Shown here in pieces: positions 27,875 through 43,139 of a stretch of DNA of 64,000 nucleotides. Both the position numbers and the translations under genes were made by a program. The DNA comes from the human T2T-CHM13v2.0 reference genome, Homo sapiens. Under the pieces are notes generated by a model. It saw nothing but the letters and a program-made list of their open reading frames with translations, had not been told where the DNA came from and made no database searches. The stretch lies in assembly GCF_009914755.1 (NCBI RefSeq), contig NC_060938.1. One strand, written 5' to 3'. Each line of letters opens with the position of its first letter. Within the stretch, counting starts at the first letter, position 1.

Positions 27875-28486
27875 CTACACACAGCAGAGGGACCATGGAC
27901 CCAGCCCATGGAACCATTTTTCCCTCCTAGGCCTCCAGGTCTGTGATGAGAGGGGCTGCCTCAAAGTTCTCTGACATGCCCTGGAGATATTTTCCCCATT
28001 GTCTTGGTGATTAATATTTGGTTCCTTGTTACTTATGCCAATTTCTGCAGCAGGCTTGAATTTCTCCTCAGAATATGGGTTTTTGTTTTCTATCACATTG
28101 TCAGGCTGCAAATTTTCTAAACTTTTATGCTCTGCCTCCTCTTGAATGCTTTGCTGCTTAGAAATTTCTTCCACCAGATACCCTAAATCACCTCTCTCAA
28201 GTTCAAAGTTCCACAGGTCTCTAGGGCAGGGGTAGAATGCTGCCAGCCTCTTTGCTAAAGCATAGCAAGAGTGACCTTTGTTCCAGTTCCCAACAAGTTC
28301 TTCATTTCCATCCAAGACCACCTTAGCCTGGACTTCATTGTCCATATCATTATCAGCTTTTAGGTCAAAGCCTTTCAACAAGTCTCTAGGAAGTTCCAAA
28401 CATTCCCACATTTTTCTGTCTTCCTCTGAGCCCTCCAAACTGTTCCAACCTCTGCCTGTTACCCAGTTGCAAAGTCTCTTCCACAT
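27875..28486 (-). pseudogene. MaLR internal ORF remnant, 203 codons
   Basis: GRGWNSLEGSEEDRKMW..LELPRDLL..GNWNKGHSCYALAKRL..PRDLWNFELE is the typical THE1/MST internal ORF. Confidence 0.8.
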
Positions 28487-29345
28487 TTTTGGGTATCTTT
28501 ATAGGAGCACTCCACTGTCTGTGGTACCAACTTACTATATTAGTCTATTCTCACGCCGCCATGAAGAACTACCTGAGACTGGGTAATTTATAAAGAAAAG
28601 AGGTTTAATTGACTCACAGTTTCACATGGCTGAGGAGGCCTCAGGAAACTTACAATCATGGTAGGAGGAACTTTATCACAGGGCATCAGGAGAGAATCAG
28701 TGCTGAGTGAAGGGGGAAGCCCCTTATAAAACCATCAACTCTCATGGGAACTCACTATCAGGAGAACAGCATAGGGGAGACTGCCCCCATGATTCAATTA
28801 TCTCCACCTGGTCCTGCCCTTGACACGTGGATGTTATTACAATTCAAGGTGAGATTTGGGTGGGGACACAGAGCCAAACCATATCATCTACCTATTCTGG
28901 ATATTTCATATAAATTGTGTGATATGAGGTCTTTTGGGACTGACTTTTCTCCCTTAGCATAACGTTTTCATATTTCATTCACGTTGTAGCATGTATCAAT
29001 ATTTATTTCCTTTTTATTGACAAATAACATTACATCATATGGATATACCACATTTTATCTATCCACTCATTAGATGATGGATATTTAGATTGTTTCTACT
29101 TTATGGCTATTATTAGTATTGCTCCTGTAAACATTTACATACAAGTTTTTCTGTGGATGTGTTTTTCTCTTGGACAGATATCTAGAAGTAGAATTACTGG
29201 GTCATATGGTATCTATATACTTAACCTTTTGAGGAACTGCCAGAGTTCCGAAGTGGCTGCATCATTTTTCATTCCCACCATCAGTGTATGAGAGTTTAAA
29301 TTTCTCCACATTCTCATGAGCATTTGTTATTATCTGTCATTTGGA

Positions 29346-32300
29346 TTAAAGTAAAAGTATAGGAAAAGATATATTATACTAAAACAGAAGAAAAGCTGAA
29401 TGCTATATTAATATAAGGCCAAGTAGAGTTCAAAGCAAACAATATTACTAGAAATAAATAAAGGACATTTAACAATGATTAAGGGAGTGAATTCCTCAAA
29501 AGGACATAAGAATCCTAAATGTTCCTGTACCTAATAGCAGAACTTCAAAATACCTGAAGAAAGAATGGATAGAAATGCAAGGAGAAATACACAAATCAAC
29601 AAGTTGCCCATAAAAACATAGAAAAAGAAGACCAAATTAATCTCAAAATAAGCATAATAAAAGAAATAACAAATATTAGAGTGGAAATCTATGAAATAGA
29701 AAAGAAATAGAGAACGTTAGTGAAATCAAAAGCTGATTCTTTGAAGAAAGCAATAAAGTTGATAAGCCTCTAGTTAGAATGATAAGGAAAAAAGAACACA
29801 CAAATTTCCAATATCAGGCATGAGAGAAATATTACTCCAGAATTTTACAAATATTAAAAGGCTAATAAAGACATTTATAAACAACTTTATGGCAATATGT
29901 TCAACAATTTAGATAAAATGGAGAAATTCCTTGAAAGACACAAACTGTCAAAGCTTTTTCAAGAAGAAATGAATAACCCAAATAGTCCCATATCTATTAA
30001 AGAAATTGAATTTGTAGTCAAAAACCTTCCCAGGCGCAGATAATTTTACTGGTTGATTCTACTAAACATTCAATAAATAAATAATATAAATTCTACACAA
30101 ACTCTTCCATAAAAATTGAAAAAGGACAGGACAAGTACTTTTCAACTCATTCTATAAAGCCAGCATTACCCTGGTACCAAAATCCAGACACAGATAATAC
30201 AAAAAATACAACTATAGACACACCAATATCCCTTAAGAACACACATTTTTAAAATTATTAACAAAAAGTCAGCAAATCAAATTTAAGAATGTATAAAAAA
30301 CAGTGATACATCCTGAGCAAGTACAGTTTATTCTAGGAATGCAAGAATATTTTAATATACAGTAGTCAATTAAAATAATTCACTATATTAACAAGAAAGA
30401 AAAAGTCATATGATCATCTCAATAAACTGAGAAAAAGCATTTGACAAAATTTCACACGCATTTTTGATTGAAAAAAATAACAGCAAACTAGGAATAGAAG
30501 AGAACTTCCTCAATTTGGTAAAGGCACCTACAAATAGCCTGTAGCTAGCTAATGTCGTACTCAAAGGCGAGAGACTGAAAAAGAACACACTTTCCCCTAT
30601 AATTAAGAAAAATGCAAGGTTGCTGGCTTTCTCTACATTAATTAATGTTGTACTGGATGTTCTAACCAGTGAGATAAAGCAATAAATAAATAAAATACAT
30701 TTAGGCTGGAAAGAAAGATACAAAATGGCCTTTATTCATAGATGACATGATTATGTAGAAAAATCCCATGTAGTCTACAAAAAATACTAGGACTAAAAAG
30801 TGAGTTTAGCAAGGTTGCAGGATAGAGTATCAACATACAAAAGTCAATTGTATTTCCACATATTCACAGTGAAGAGTTGGAAACTGAAATTATAAAATCA
30901 ATACCATTTACAGCAATATGAAGAATATGATATACACTTGGGGATAAATTTGACAAAATATATATAAGACTTCTACAAAATATTACTGAAAGAAATTTTT
31001 AAAGTCTTAAATAAATGATGAACTGTACTATGTTAATGGATTGGAAGACTCCATACTGTTAAGATGTTATTTTCTCCCAGATTAATCTACATATTCTACA
31101 CAGTCCCAATCCAAATCCTAGCTTGTTTTTGGTAGGCATTCACAGGCTAGGTCTAAAATTAATATAGAAATGCAAAGATCCAGTAATAATCCAAACACTG
31201 TTAAAAAAGAAGAACAAATTTGGGACTAACACTATCTAATTTCAAGGCTTATTTTAAAGCTAGCATAATCAGTACAGTGTGGGTTTCTTCTCAACACAGA
31301 CAAATAGATTGATGGAACAGATCTAAAGAGTCAGAAATAGAGCCTCACATGTGTGGAAAACTGATTCTTGACAAAGGTGCAAAGACAAAGGGTAATTTTT
31401 TCAGTGTGATGAAACAATTAGATATCACACGCAAAAAATCAACTTTGGCTTGTAGCCTGCACCATATAAAAAATTTAACTCGCAATGGATGAGTTAAATT
31501 TTATACTTACCTATAAGTATAAAACTTTTAGAAGAAGACATAAGAGAAAATCTTTGTTAGTTTGGGTTACACAAAGATTTCCTAGTTACACCAAAACCAC
31601 AATTTAAAAAAGAAAAATGGATAAATTTGACTTCATGAAAATTAAACTTTGTGCTTCTATGGACATTGTTAAGAGAATGGAAAGAAAAGCCACAAGCTGT
31701 GAGAAAATATTTGCAAATATTATATCTGATAAAGGATTTGCATCCAGAATATGTAAACAACTCTCAAAACAATATGAAAACAATGCAATTATAAAGTGGG
31801 CAAATAATTTAAATGAACATTTCAAAGAAGCTATATAAATGGCAAATTAGCACATGAAAAGATATCTAACACCATTAGTTATTTAAAAATGTAAATTAAG
31901 ATTAAATTAGGTTGTCTACAATTAAAGAGATGGCCCATATCACGAGTTGGTTAGCACGTGGAACAAATGAAACTTGGAAATCATATAATCAAGAAAAGAC
32001 TTGGACATGAGTGTTCATAGCAACTTTATTTGTAAAGTTCCTAACTGGAAACAATTCACATGTCTGTCACAGATAAATGGATAAATAAACTGTGGTATGT
32101 ACACATAATGGAATACTATTTGAGAATAAAAAGGAATGAACTATTGATAATACATAACAATATAGATGAATCTCCAAATAATTATGGTGAGTAAAAGAAG
32201 CTAAGCAAAAAGAAATGCATACTGTATTACTCCATTTATAGAAAATTTTAGAAAATGTAAACTATATTGTCAGAAAGCAGATCAGTGGTTGCCTGGGGAC

Positions 32301-32405
32301 AGGGTAATGGCTTCACCAATGTATACATATGTCAATCTTACCACATTTTACACTTTAAATACATGCATGTATATTCATTACACCTCAATAAAACTGTTTT
32401 TTAAA
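29346..32405 (+). mobile_element. Degenerate L1M: ORF2 remnants through the 3' end
   Basis: gccagcattaccctggtaccaaaatccagac, catatgatcatctcaataaactgagaaaaagcatttgacaaaat and gatgacatgatt (RT region); no intact frame. Confidence 0.85.
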
Positions 32406-32638
32406 AAAATAACTCATAGAACTCTGCACCTTAGTGAAAGTTTTACACTATGTTGATTATACCTCAATAGAACTAATTTTTAAAATAGAAACATTCCAGT
32501 TAACTAAAATGCCATGTTATTTTTTACAGACTGTGTAACTGCAATAAAATTTTAAGAGCTCTGTAAACATGTTTTGATTTTTATTTTTATGCATATACAA
32601 TAGTTGTACCTATTTATGGGGCACATGTAATATTTTGA

Positions 32639-33089
<451 letters not shown>

Positions 33090-36000
33090 TAAGTCTTTTT
33101 TAAATGAATAAGCATTGAGAGCATATGGGAGAAATCACTGGATGAAGTGCCTTACCTTGAAGAATAAGTAGGATTTTGACAACCAGAGAGGAGGAAGAGG
33201 CCATAGAGTGGCATTCCAGGCAAAGCTAATGGGTGAACAGATTTGGGAGCCACTAGAATATGAATTTGGCTGTAAGGGAGTCGAGCAATAACAGTGAGAG
33301 TAGGTTGGTCATGAGAGCTAAGTTTGGTGAGATGGGGAAGGATTGGAGTGTAGGTTTTGAATCCCAAGTTAAAGAGTTTAAGTTTTAACTGAAGATTGAA
33401 AAGGAGGCAGGTATTTTGTAAACACTGATCTGGAGACAATATTTGGGATCAGTTGGAGAATACAAAGTTAGATATAGATTAAATCAGGTTTTCTAGGAAG
33501 AGTATGAAAATGAATATGTTTATACCAGATAATAAATAAAATTTTCTAAACCGTGTAGCATATGCATCTAATAGGATAATTCACACAAAGGTTACACCCT
33601 TTTCTCTTTCCCATCTGTGATAAAAAGCATAAAAATTTGCCTAGATGACTAGTCACAGCTCATGCAAAGAACACTGAATCTCACAGATGGTGCTTCATTA
33701 ATTAGTTTGCAACTAATAGTTTTCTTAACAAGATTGCTGTCTTTTTATAAATGCAGGACTACTAGTTATATGGCAGTTTTATATTTTAGCAAACGGGAAT
33801 TGTGGGGAAGTAACAGTTACCTCAGGTTACAATTTTATCCATTGTAATATTTGTTACAACATTTGAATTAGTGTCTAGAGCTGCAGTGATTCTGACATAC
33901 CTTACAGTTTGAGAACCACTTTGCTAGATGGCTTCTAAGAGCACTCTCCCCACTAAATTCCTCAAAAGATGCAAATGATTGAAGCTTCCTCAAGAAGAAA
34001 CAGATAACCTAAATAGCCCTATATCTATTATCTAACTATTAATACTCCAGTGGGAAATATCTGATACAGCTCCAATGGGAGGTGCTCCAGGATCCTTTAA
34101 GGGGGCTTTAAACCAAATGATCCAGGCCACCTTTTGGGACTTCCATAAAACACTTGTGAACAGATGAAGAGAGAGAAAACATCATAATAGAAATTATTAT
34201 GTATTAGATGCCTGTTGCATGTAATCTTCACAACTCCACAAGTTATCTATCATGATCCTAATTTTCCTGGTGATAACCTCACAAAGGGTATGTAACTTGT
34301 CCTAATTTACAGAGATGGTAAAGGCATAGTGGGAATCTCAGCATCTTGGCATCTTGTCTTCTTTCAGCCTATTGAGAAAAGATCAACCATGGTAAAAGCA
34401 GAAGATGAGGTGGCAGCTCTCCACATGTCTGATAAACATTGAGATGTCACAGGGAATAAATGGTTCACAAATGATCCAATGTCTCCCATCAGAATGGGTC
34501 CTGGTAGCTCCACAAGTTCTATGGGCCACAGTGTGCTTTCACAAGCTTCTCTGATCCTTTCAGCAACCTGTGGGACTAGCAGCCCAGCAATTTGAATCCC
34601 CCTCTTACAGATGAGAAAAACAAACATCAGAGAGATAAAATGATCCACTCACGGTCACACAACTGGTAAGAGACAGACTGGGGACTTAAATACAGATCTT
34701 CTGTTCCCAACCATACCAGTACCTTTCCACTTTCCCAACCACACCACAGCCTGTTAATAATATAGAGACCAACTGAAAGGCAAAGCTGAATTAATTAAAC
34801 TTGCCAGTAAAGGGAGACCTTTAATTGGAAACAGAGTCTCCTCCAACAGCACTGAACACCTCTTAGACACATTGAGCGTGTCCATCAGTTGAAGCAGGAG
34901 AAGATCCTGACTGGCAGGATGGAAATGTGCTGCGTTGATATCTCTGTATTCTGACCTGTCTGAGCTTACAGCAGGCTTATTTTGGTTTTACAGTCCCTAA
35001 TAGTGTTTCAACTGCAAAAAAATTTCTCAAGGACTTTGATTGAAAATAACATGTGTTCTTAGGACTACAGTCCTCTTTTTGATACTGATTCCCCAGAACA
35101 AGGCTCCTTGCTTTTATATCCTTGAAGCTCATGCAAGCAGCTCTTCCCAGTGTACAGTGACATTCACCAGCAGATGCAGGTGAAGGGACAGAGCTGAGAA
35201 AATCTGAGATGTCTGGGACACTGTTTAAGAGGTCCACTATTAGCATGAAATTTGAAGTAATAGCCTTCTGTTTATCCCCCCTTTAAAATAGCCATGTGAA
35301 TTAACTGCAAAGCAAATCTGAATTTATTTTAATGTAAAAATAATGTGGTCATGGTATCTTCGCATAAAGCAGCTGTTCCAGAACAAAGGTGTGTATTTTA
35401 GCTGGTAGTTTCTCCAATAGTCCCCACACTTAGTCTCTTCTCAGCTCTAGGTGGAAGAATTAAGTGGGTGAAGCTTGCTTTGTTTTGCGCCTTCATCTCC
35501 TTACCTGCCCCCGTGACTTCTCCAGCCTCCTTTCCCCTGCACTGGGCTCAGGGTGCTCCCCCACCCTGTGAGCAGCATCTCCTGTTCCAGAGCCTCGTCT
35601 CCTCTCACCGACATGTGTCAATTCTGTCTCTCCTCATGATTATGCCAAATCACCATCTAATTCTCCCTCCTAAGTAAAAGACTTGTATTTTCACATGGGG
35701 CTTCAGGCAATGTGGCAGAATTATATGTGAGATATTTTGAGGCAAGACAAACCTTGCAGCATCCCTCAACTCACCCCATGACACCAACTGCCTCGGCAGG
35801 GACACTGCTCTTGCAAGTTCCAAAGTCAGTGGAGCATTTGGTGACGTTATCGTAGCAGAAAGCCATAATGTTTTAGATCCTATTTATTCAAATTGCTTTT
35901 CCAGGCTTTCATCATAGGGCTGCTTTTAGAGCTGTACTGGATAGGGTTTAATTTGCAAATCTGATGGGGGGATATGACAACAATGATAGTGGACTTCTAA

Positions 36001-37267
36001 GAAAAGTGGATCTAGTTCATATTGGTCTCCAGGTTCCTAGGAGACCAGAAAATAATGGCTATAGTACTTGATTTACCCTTTGAGAAAACCATTGCTCACT
36101 GAGGTTTGAATCTGCTTCTACTGTGTCCTGTTAAAACTCTCAGGACCTACTCTCCCTTGAGTAAAAGTGTTAATTACATTTTTAAAGCTGTAAACTCAAC
36201 ACAATGTTCTTGGAAGACAGTGGGAGGATGCGTAAGTGTTTGGAGACGCTTTCTGCTCTGGCTTTGCTCATGCATCCATTTCTGCCCACATGGTGCCACA
36301 CAGATTATACCTTTGGGGTTCTGTGGGGTGCTTTCTTTGTGTATCCGTGTGTGTGCACACGAGCACGTGTAGGTGTATGTATGGAGAGGGAGATCATATT
36401 CTTTTTTTTGTCTGTTTGCAAGTTAATCTAAAGATTCTGAAAGTTGCTATGTAGATGACACTTGGGAAATAAAAATCTTTGATTTGCTTTTAATATAGTA
36501 ATATAATCATGAGGCCTCAATCTACCACATAGAATAGACATACTTTTGTGGTGCTAGCGGAGCCCCTGCACTGTCTTGGAAATACCTGTTTCCTAACTAC
36601 AGACACTGTTTCATCATGTCCCTGCTGCTATCCCTCCAGCCACAGCTGATGGGACCAGGAGTAGCAAATTAATTGTCGAGGAGTAGCAAATTCAAATTAT
36701 TCCTTGCCTCTTCCCAGGTTGCTGGTAATCCTTGGTATTCCTCAGCTTGCAGCTGCATCACTCCAGTCTCTGCATCTGTCACAGACACACAGGTGGCCTC
36801 CTCCCCTGTGTGTCTGTATGTGTCCTCTCTCTCTCAGTTTTTTTAAGACAGGGTCTCACCGTCGCTCAGCACTAACCTGATTCTGCAGCATGATGGTGTG
36901 CACTAGAACTGAAAGGCAGAGGTGAGTCAGGGTGGCCTGGAGAATAGTTGAAGAGCGTTGCTTTTAGCATCTCTCTACTGATTTGGAAGTTTGACAATCT
37001 CTTTCTGTGTCTTTTTAGTAGTTTTTCTTAATATTTAAGAGGTATATTCAATTTAAATCTATATTCAATATTTCCATCTTCTTCCTGCATAATTCAAAAC
37101 CCTCCAATTGTAGGTGCTGACTGTTACATGCCCAGGGCTTTAATTTCACCTTGTTTCTGTATCCCTCAAAGCAGTCACTTGTCACTATTGTTGCTAATGA
37201 TTGTTTAGATTTACCTATATGATTACCAATGTCTTTGTTCACTTCCTTCTTGAGACTAGTCACATCT

Positions 37268-37626
37268 TGTATGAGTCTGTTTTCAGGCTGCTAATAAGGA
37301 CATACCCGAGACTGGGTAATTTATAAAGGAAACAGGTTCAATTGACTTACAGATCCACAAGGCTGGGAAGGCCTCATAATCATGGTGTAAGACAAAGGAG
37401 GAGCAAAGTCATGTCTTACATGGTGGTAGCAAGAGGGCATGTGCAGGGAAGCTCACCTTTATAAAACCATCAGATCTCATGAGACTTATTCACTATCATG
37501 AGATCAGCATGGCAAAAACCCGCCCCCGTGATTCAATTACCTCCCACCAGGTCCCTCCCACAACATGTGTGGATTATTACAGTTAGAGGTGAAATTTGAG
37601 TGGGGACACAGAACCAAACCATATCA
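37268..37626 (-). mobile_element. THE1 solo LTR
   Basis: tgtatgagtctg...ccaaaccatatca; perfect TSD CATCT. Confidence 0.92.
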
Positions 37627-38049
37627 CATCTTATTATGAATTCTCAGGGAGATTTATCTTACATTTGGTATGTGATCCACGGACAAATAAAAAGGCAGGT
37701 TTTCCATATGACAGATACCAAATCTTTTCTCTTTCTGTAACATACAAGTTGCTTTATCTATTTCATTTATTTTATTATTCAATGTATTTGTGTCTTTACT
37801 GCCTTTTTGTCTATGAAATTTGTCAGATTCCGAAAGCATCGTTATTGATACACTATCTCACAGCATTTTGATTTGAGTAGTAAATAAAATTATGTGTGTG
37901 TACATGTAAAACCTTTAGCTCAGGGATTTTGTGCTTAATCCTCTCTTCTCTCCCCTCATAATGGCCCAAGCCTTTGATGACCTCCCATTCTATAGTGTCA
38001 TGGTACAAAATCCAGAGCAATACTTTCTTACCTTAATACAGTTTTACTT

Positions 38050-38575
38050 GGGGGATCCCACAGTCTGAAATCAAGGTATCAGCAAGGCTGTCCTCCCTCT
38101 GAAGGCTCTAGAAGGGAATCTTTCTTCACCTTTTCCCAGGTTGCTGGCAATTCTTAGTGTTCCTTAGCTTATAGCTGTATCACTCCAGTCTCTGCCTCTG
38201 TCATCAGATGGCTCCCTCCCCTGTGTGTCTGTATGTGTCCTCTCTTCTCCTCCTTCTTTTTTTTGTTTTTGTTTTTAGAGACAGGGTCTCATTTTGTCAC
38301 CCAGGCTGGAGTGCAGTGGTGTGATCACAGCTCACTGCAAACTGAACTCCTGGGCTCAAGCAATCCTCCCACCTCAGCCTGCCTGTAGTAGCTGGGACTA
38401 CAGGTGCACACCACCATAAGAACACCAGTCATTGGATTTAGGGCCCACCCTACTGCAGTATTGTCTCATCTTGATTTAAGTAATTATATCTGCAAAGGTG
38501 CTATTTCCACATAAAATTATATTCAGAGGTCCCAGGTAAACATGAATATTTGGGGGACACTATTCATTCCACCAC
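38050..38575 (-). mobile_element. MLT1C-like LTR containing an Alu right arm (~38277-38417)
   Basis: tgaaggctctag..atcactccagtctctgcctctg..accagtcattggatttagggcccacc..ggggacactattc. Confidence 0.8.
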
Positions 38576-40329
38576 AGGGGGTGATATGTGCAGGGGTATG
38601 GTGGTCTATTTGTCTGAATGAAGTCCGTCACTCCCCATCACTTTTAATGAGGTCAGTAATTCCCGAAAGGGGATTTTAAGGAAAATTTGGGAGCAAAAGA
38701 TCTTAGTAGATGTTATAGTGTAGAATGCGGCTTTGGGCATAGTGAGCCTTGATGGAAAAAGTATTTCAATAAAAGAGACGGAAGTTTGTTTGTGAAAATT
38801 GGAAAGGTACTGGCTGTACACCCTGCAGAGCCCCGGAAAAATGAACCTCCTCCTCACCCTCTTTTTTATGTTCTTGGTAAACAGCTCTGACTCAAAGGAA
38901 GAATATGCTGCCAGCCAGGGACTATGTTTACACTGAAGTCCACATGGGAGTAACAAAAACCTGCTGGGAGGCTTTTGTGGGTTGTTTTTAAATTGTGTTA
39001 ATAATAAGGGCTATTATACATATGACAGAATTATTGTAGAGTTGGGGCCTATTGTCTTGGTCTATGTTGAACATATAGGCTCAAAGTTCTGTGGCAGGGA
39101 TGGCTGGCAAGCGAAGGGATGTTACCAGGCACAGCAGAAGGGATTGTCTTGGGAAGAATATTTAAGTGACATTTATTCATTCAACAAACACTTACTGAAG
39201 GCCTACCCACTGTGTGGCAGGCACTAGACTGTGTATCTCTCCTTTAATATAACTCATATATCATATATAGGCATAATATTTTATGGTTATTTACTCAAAA
39301 AATGTGAGTAAGCTCATGTGAGGATAACGTAGCAAAGCTTTAAGCACTGAGTTAACTAAAGCGTGGGAAGTTGATATGAAATAACGAGGCATTGTGCCTG
39401 GAGTGAAATGGAACATGTCAGGGTTTGTGTGAGGCTCAGAGTCAGATAAGATCAGGATGAAGTCTAGGAAAGATGGTAGTTAAATCTACTAATCTAAGAT
39501 GATTCCTCAGCCAGGGTCACATTAGGTGTTGTGGAAAGATCAAGAGAAAAGAAACAGTACGCTTTGTCAGATATTCAGGAATAGGTGTTGCTTATTGGGT
39601 TTATGTAAAAAACAACTCATAAAAGGACAAAAGTTGAAACATCTTCCACTAAGACAGTTTTACACATTAATCTCAATAGTTGTGCCTCTGAACAAGTTGC
39701 TAGGTAACATGTATGTTTCTCTCATCTCAAAAATGTCTTCTTTGATAAAAGGCCAGGGAAGCTCAAAGAGGCCAGGGGGTTTCTTTCTCTTCCTAGGTAC
39801 CTGGTAGAATCTATTCATTTGGCCATGTTTTTGGGGTGACCACAGGAGCAAAGCACAAGCTGACTGGAAAGTCATAATATTTTGGGACCAGAAGAGCTTG
39901 CACAGAACATTTCATCTTTCCCCTTTATTTTTCAGCTGAGGAAAATGCCCAGAATACCAAAAGGCCTGGCTCAAGACCACTGGTGGCCAGGGGAACCAGG
40001 TTTTCTGAGCCACGTCTGATACTTTTCTACAAGGCCATTTTGCCACTTCTGTGCCCTCACCACTGGGCATATCCTGAGATGGAACAGCTACAGCCTGGCC
40101 TGAGCCCCTTGGACCTTTGGAAGGGCCTTTTACCTCCTGGTTTGGGATTGTTCTGAAGCATGATAATGAATCGGGAAGCAAGTAAGACAATGAAAAGAGA
40201 AGGAGCCATGTAAAGTAAAAGGAGCATTTAAAAGAATTTCAAGGCAGTGACATTTGTCCTAATCCCTAGGTGGTATAAACAACCAAAATTAGAATCCTAA
40301 GAGTTCATTTCTAAACAAACAAAAAGTTA

Positions 40330-40958
<629 letters not shown>

Positions 40959-41341
40959 AGGTAAACTTCAAGTAATAGAATTCTTAGAATAGAATGAAAG
41001 GGAATTGCATTTTCTAGTTAAGGAAGGATGAACAAGAAAATTATGTCACCTTTAAAAGCTGACATTTCTAATATGTATTATTAGTTCATTCTATTAGTGA
41101 GTAGAAGAGTGAATATATAGTTAGATACTTATTTGATAAATGTGCCTCTTTTAGGACCTTGGGGTGGTCATTCTAGTGAAAAGAATAACCTCACAGAACA
41201 GTCAATATAGAAATACTGGTTTTAATGTAGACTGCAATAATCACTTGTGATTATTCCTTTAAAAATGCCTTTTGGTTAAAGTCCTCTTATCAGTTTGTTT
41301 TGCTATAATTTCAAACAACTCCCCCCACCTAATCCATTTTC

Positions 41342-41766
41342 TGTATTTGCTTGTTCTAGCATGGCTATAAGGAAATACCTGAGACTGGGCAATTTATTTA
41401 AAAAAAGAGGTTTAATTGGCTCACGGTTCTACAGGCTTTACCGGAAGCATGATGCTGGCATCTGCTTGGCTCCTGGGGAGGCCTCAGGAAACTTACAATC
41501 ATGGCAGAAGGGGAAGCAGTCACATCTTACATGGCTGGAGCAGAAGCAAGACAGAGAGTGGGGTGATGCCACACACTTTTAAAACAACTAGATCTCATGA
41601 TCACTCACTCACTCACTATCATGAGAACAGCACCCAGGGGATGGAGCTAAACCATTCATGAGGGATCTGCCCCATGATCCAATCACCACCCACCAGGCAC
41701 CTCCCCCAATACTGGGGATTACAATTCACATGAGACTTTGTGAGAACACAGATCCAAACCATATCA
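41342..41766 (-). mobile_element. MSTA-like solo LTR
   Basis: tgtatttgcttg...gaagcatgatgctggcatctgcttgg...ccaaaccatatca. Confidence 0.85.
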
Positions 41767-42336
41767 ATCCCCTAAAACAAAACAAAACAAAACAAAAAAA
41801 CAAATAAAAAACCAAATATAGTTTGAAGCACTTACAGAAGTCAAATCCAGATACTAAAAATCAAAGAAACCAGCAAACACAACAAACCTGAATGACAAAG
41901 ATATTTGAATCCCAGTGAACCTATTTCAAGTTTTAATAAACATGATAAAACTCCAACACAACAAAACAATTTGGACAGTTCTGAGAATTTTGCTTAGGTG
42001 TAATGGTCAAAATCTATGAATGTAAGTGATAGCAATGGAGGACCTCCTAGATCAGCCTAAAATTCCATGATTCAGTATTTTTGTCATTTAAAAAGCATAA
42101 TTTTGTCTATAAGGTATAACTGACCCATGAGGTTGCTCTTTTTCAAGGGAAAATTAGAAACAGATTTAATTCAATTCCAACAGTTAGTTCAATTCCATTC
42201 ACTTCTTTGCAGTCCAGTATAACCATATATGTAATATTTTAAGTCTTCTACACGAAAATGTGTACGCATATACATTTAAGGCAAAGTGAGAAAACTTTTT
42301 ATAAAACTTTCATTACTTTTTATGACCACAGCTCTA

Positions 42337-42810
<474 letters not shown>

Positions 42811-43139
42811 TTAATGTGAAACAGTCTGGAATTAACTCTTTTTTGCCAACCTGTGTGTGTACTTGATATTCAGGGGTTTGTAATTTTGTATCAGTTATTC
42901 ATTTCCACACATTTTAGGTATCCTCTGCATAAAGGAAATACAGATGAGAAAACTGAGGTCATGGAACTAGCCCAAGGGCACATAGCTCAGGTAGAAAGAC
43001 TCTACTGCAGTGAGGTCCTCCCACCCCAAAGTCAGCTGTTACTCATTGACATTTTGCCAAATCTGTGACATTATTAGTTACAAACTAGTGACATTTCACT
43101 AACCTTACTCAGGAAAGCCTTTGGGTGTGCTGTATTTCT

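Larger units (their letters stand above)
26189..28886 (-). mobile_element. Full-length MaLR provirus (THE1D/MSTA-like): LTRs at ~26189-26514 and ~28536-28886 plus the internal region
   Basis: Two LTRs, MaLR internal sequence and TSD tatac/tctac. Confidence 0.9.

Noticed and set aside
29346-32405. Functional L1 ORF2
   Set aside because: No long plus-strand frame; many stops and deletions
36023-36047. Hairpin TGGTCTCC..GGAGACCA
   Set aside because: An 8-bp stem is expected by chance in 64 kb
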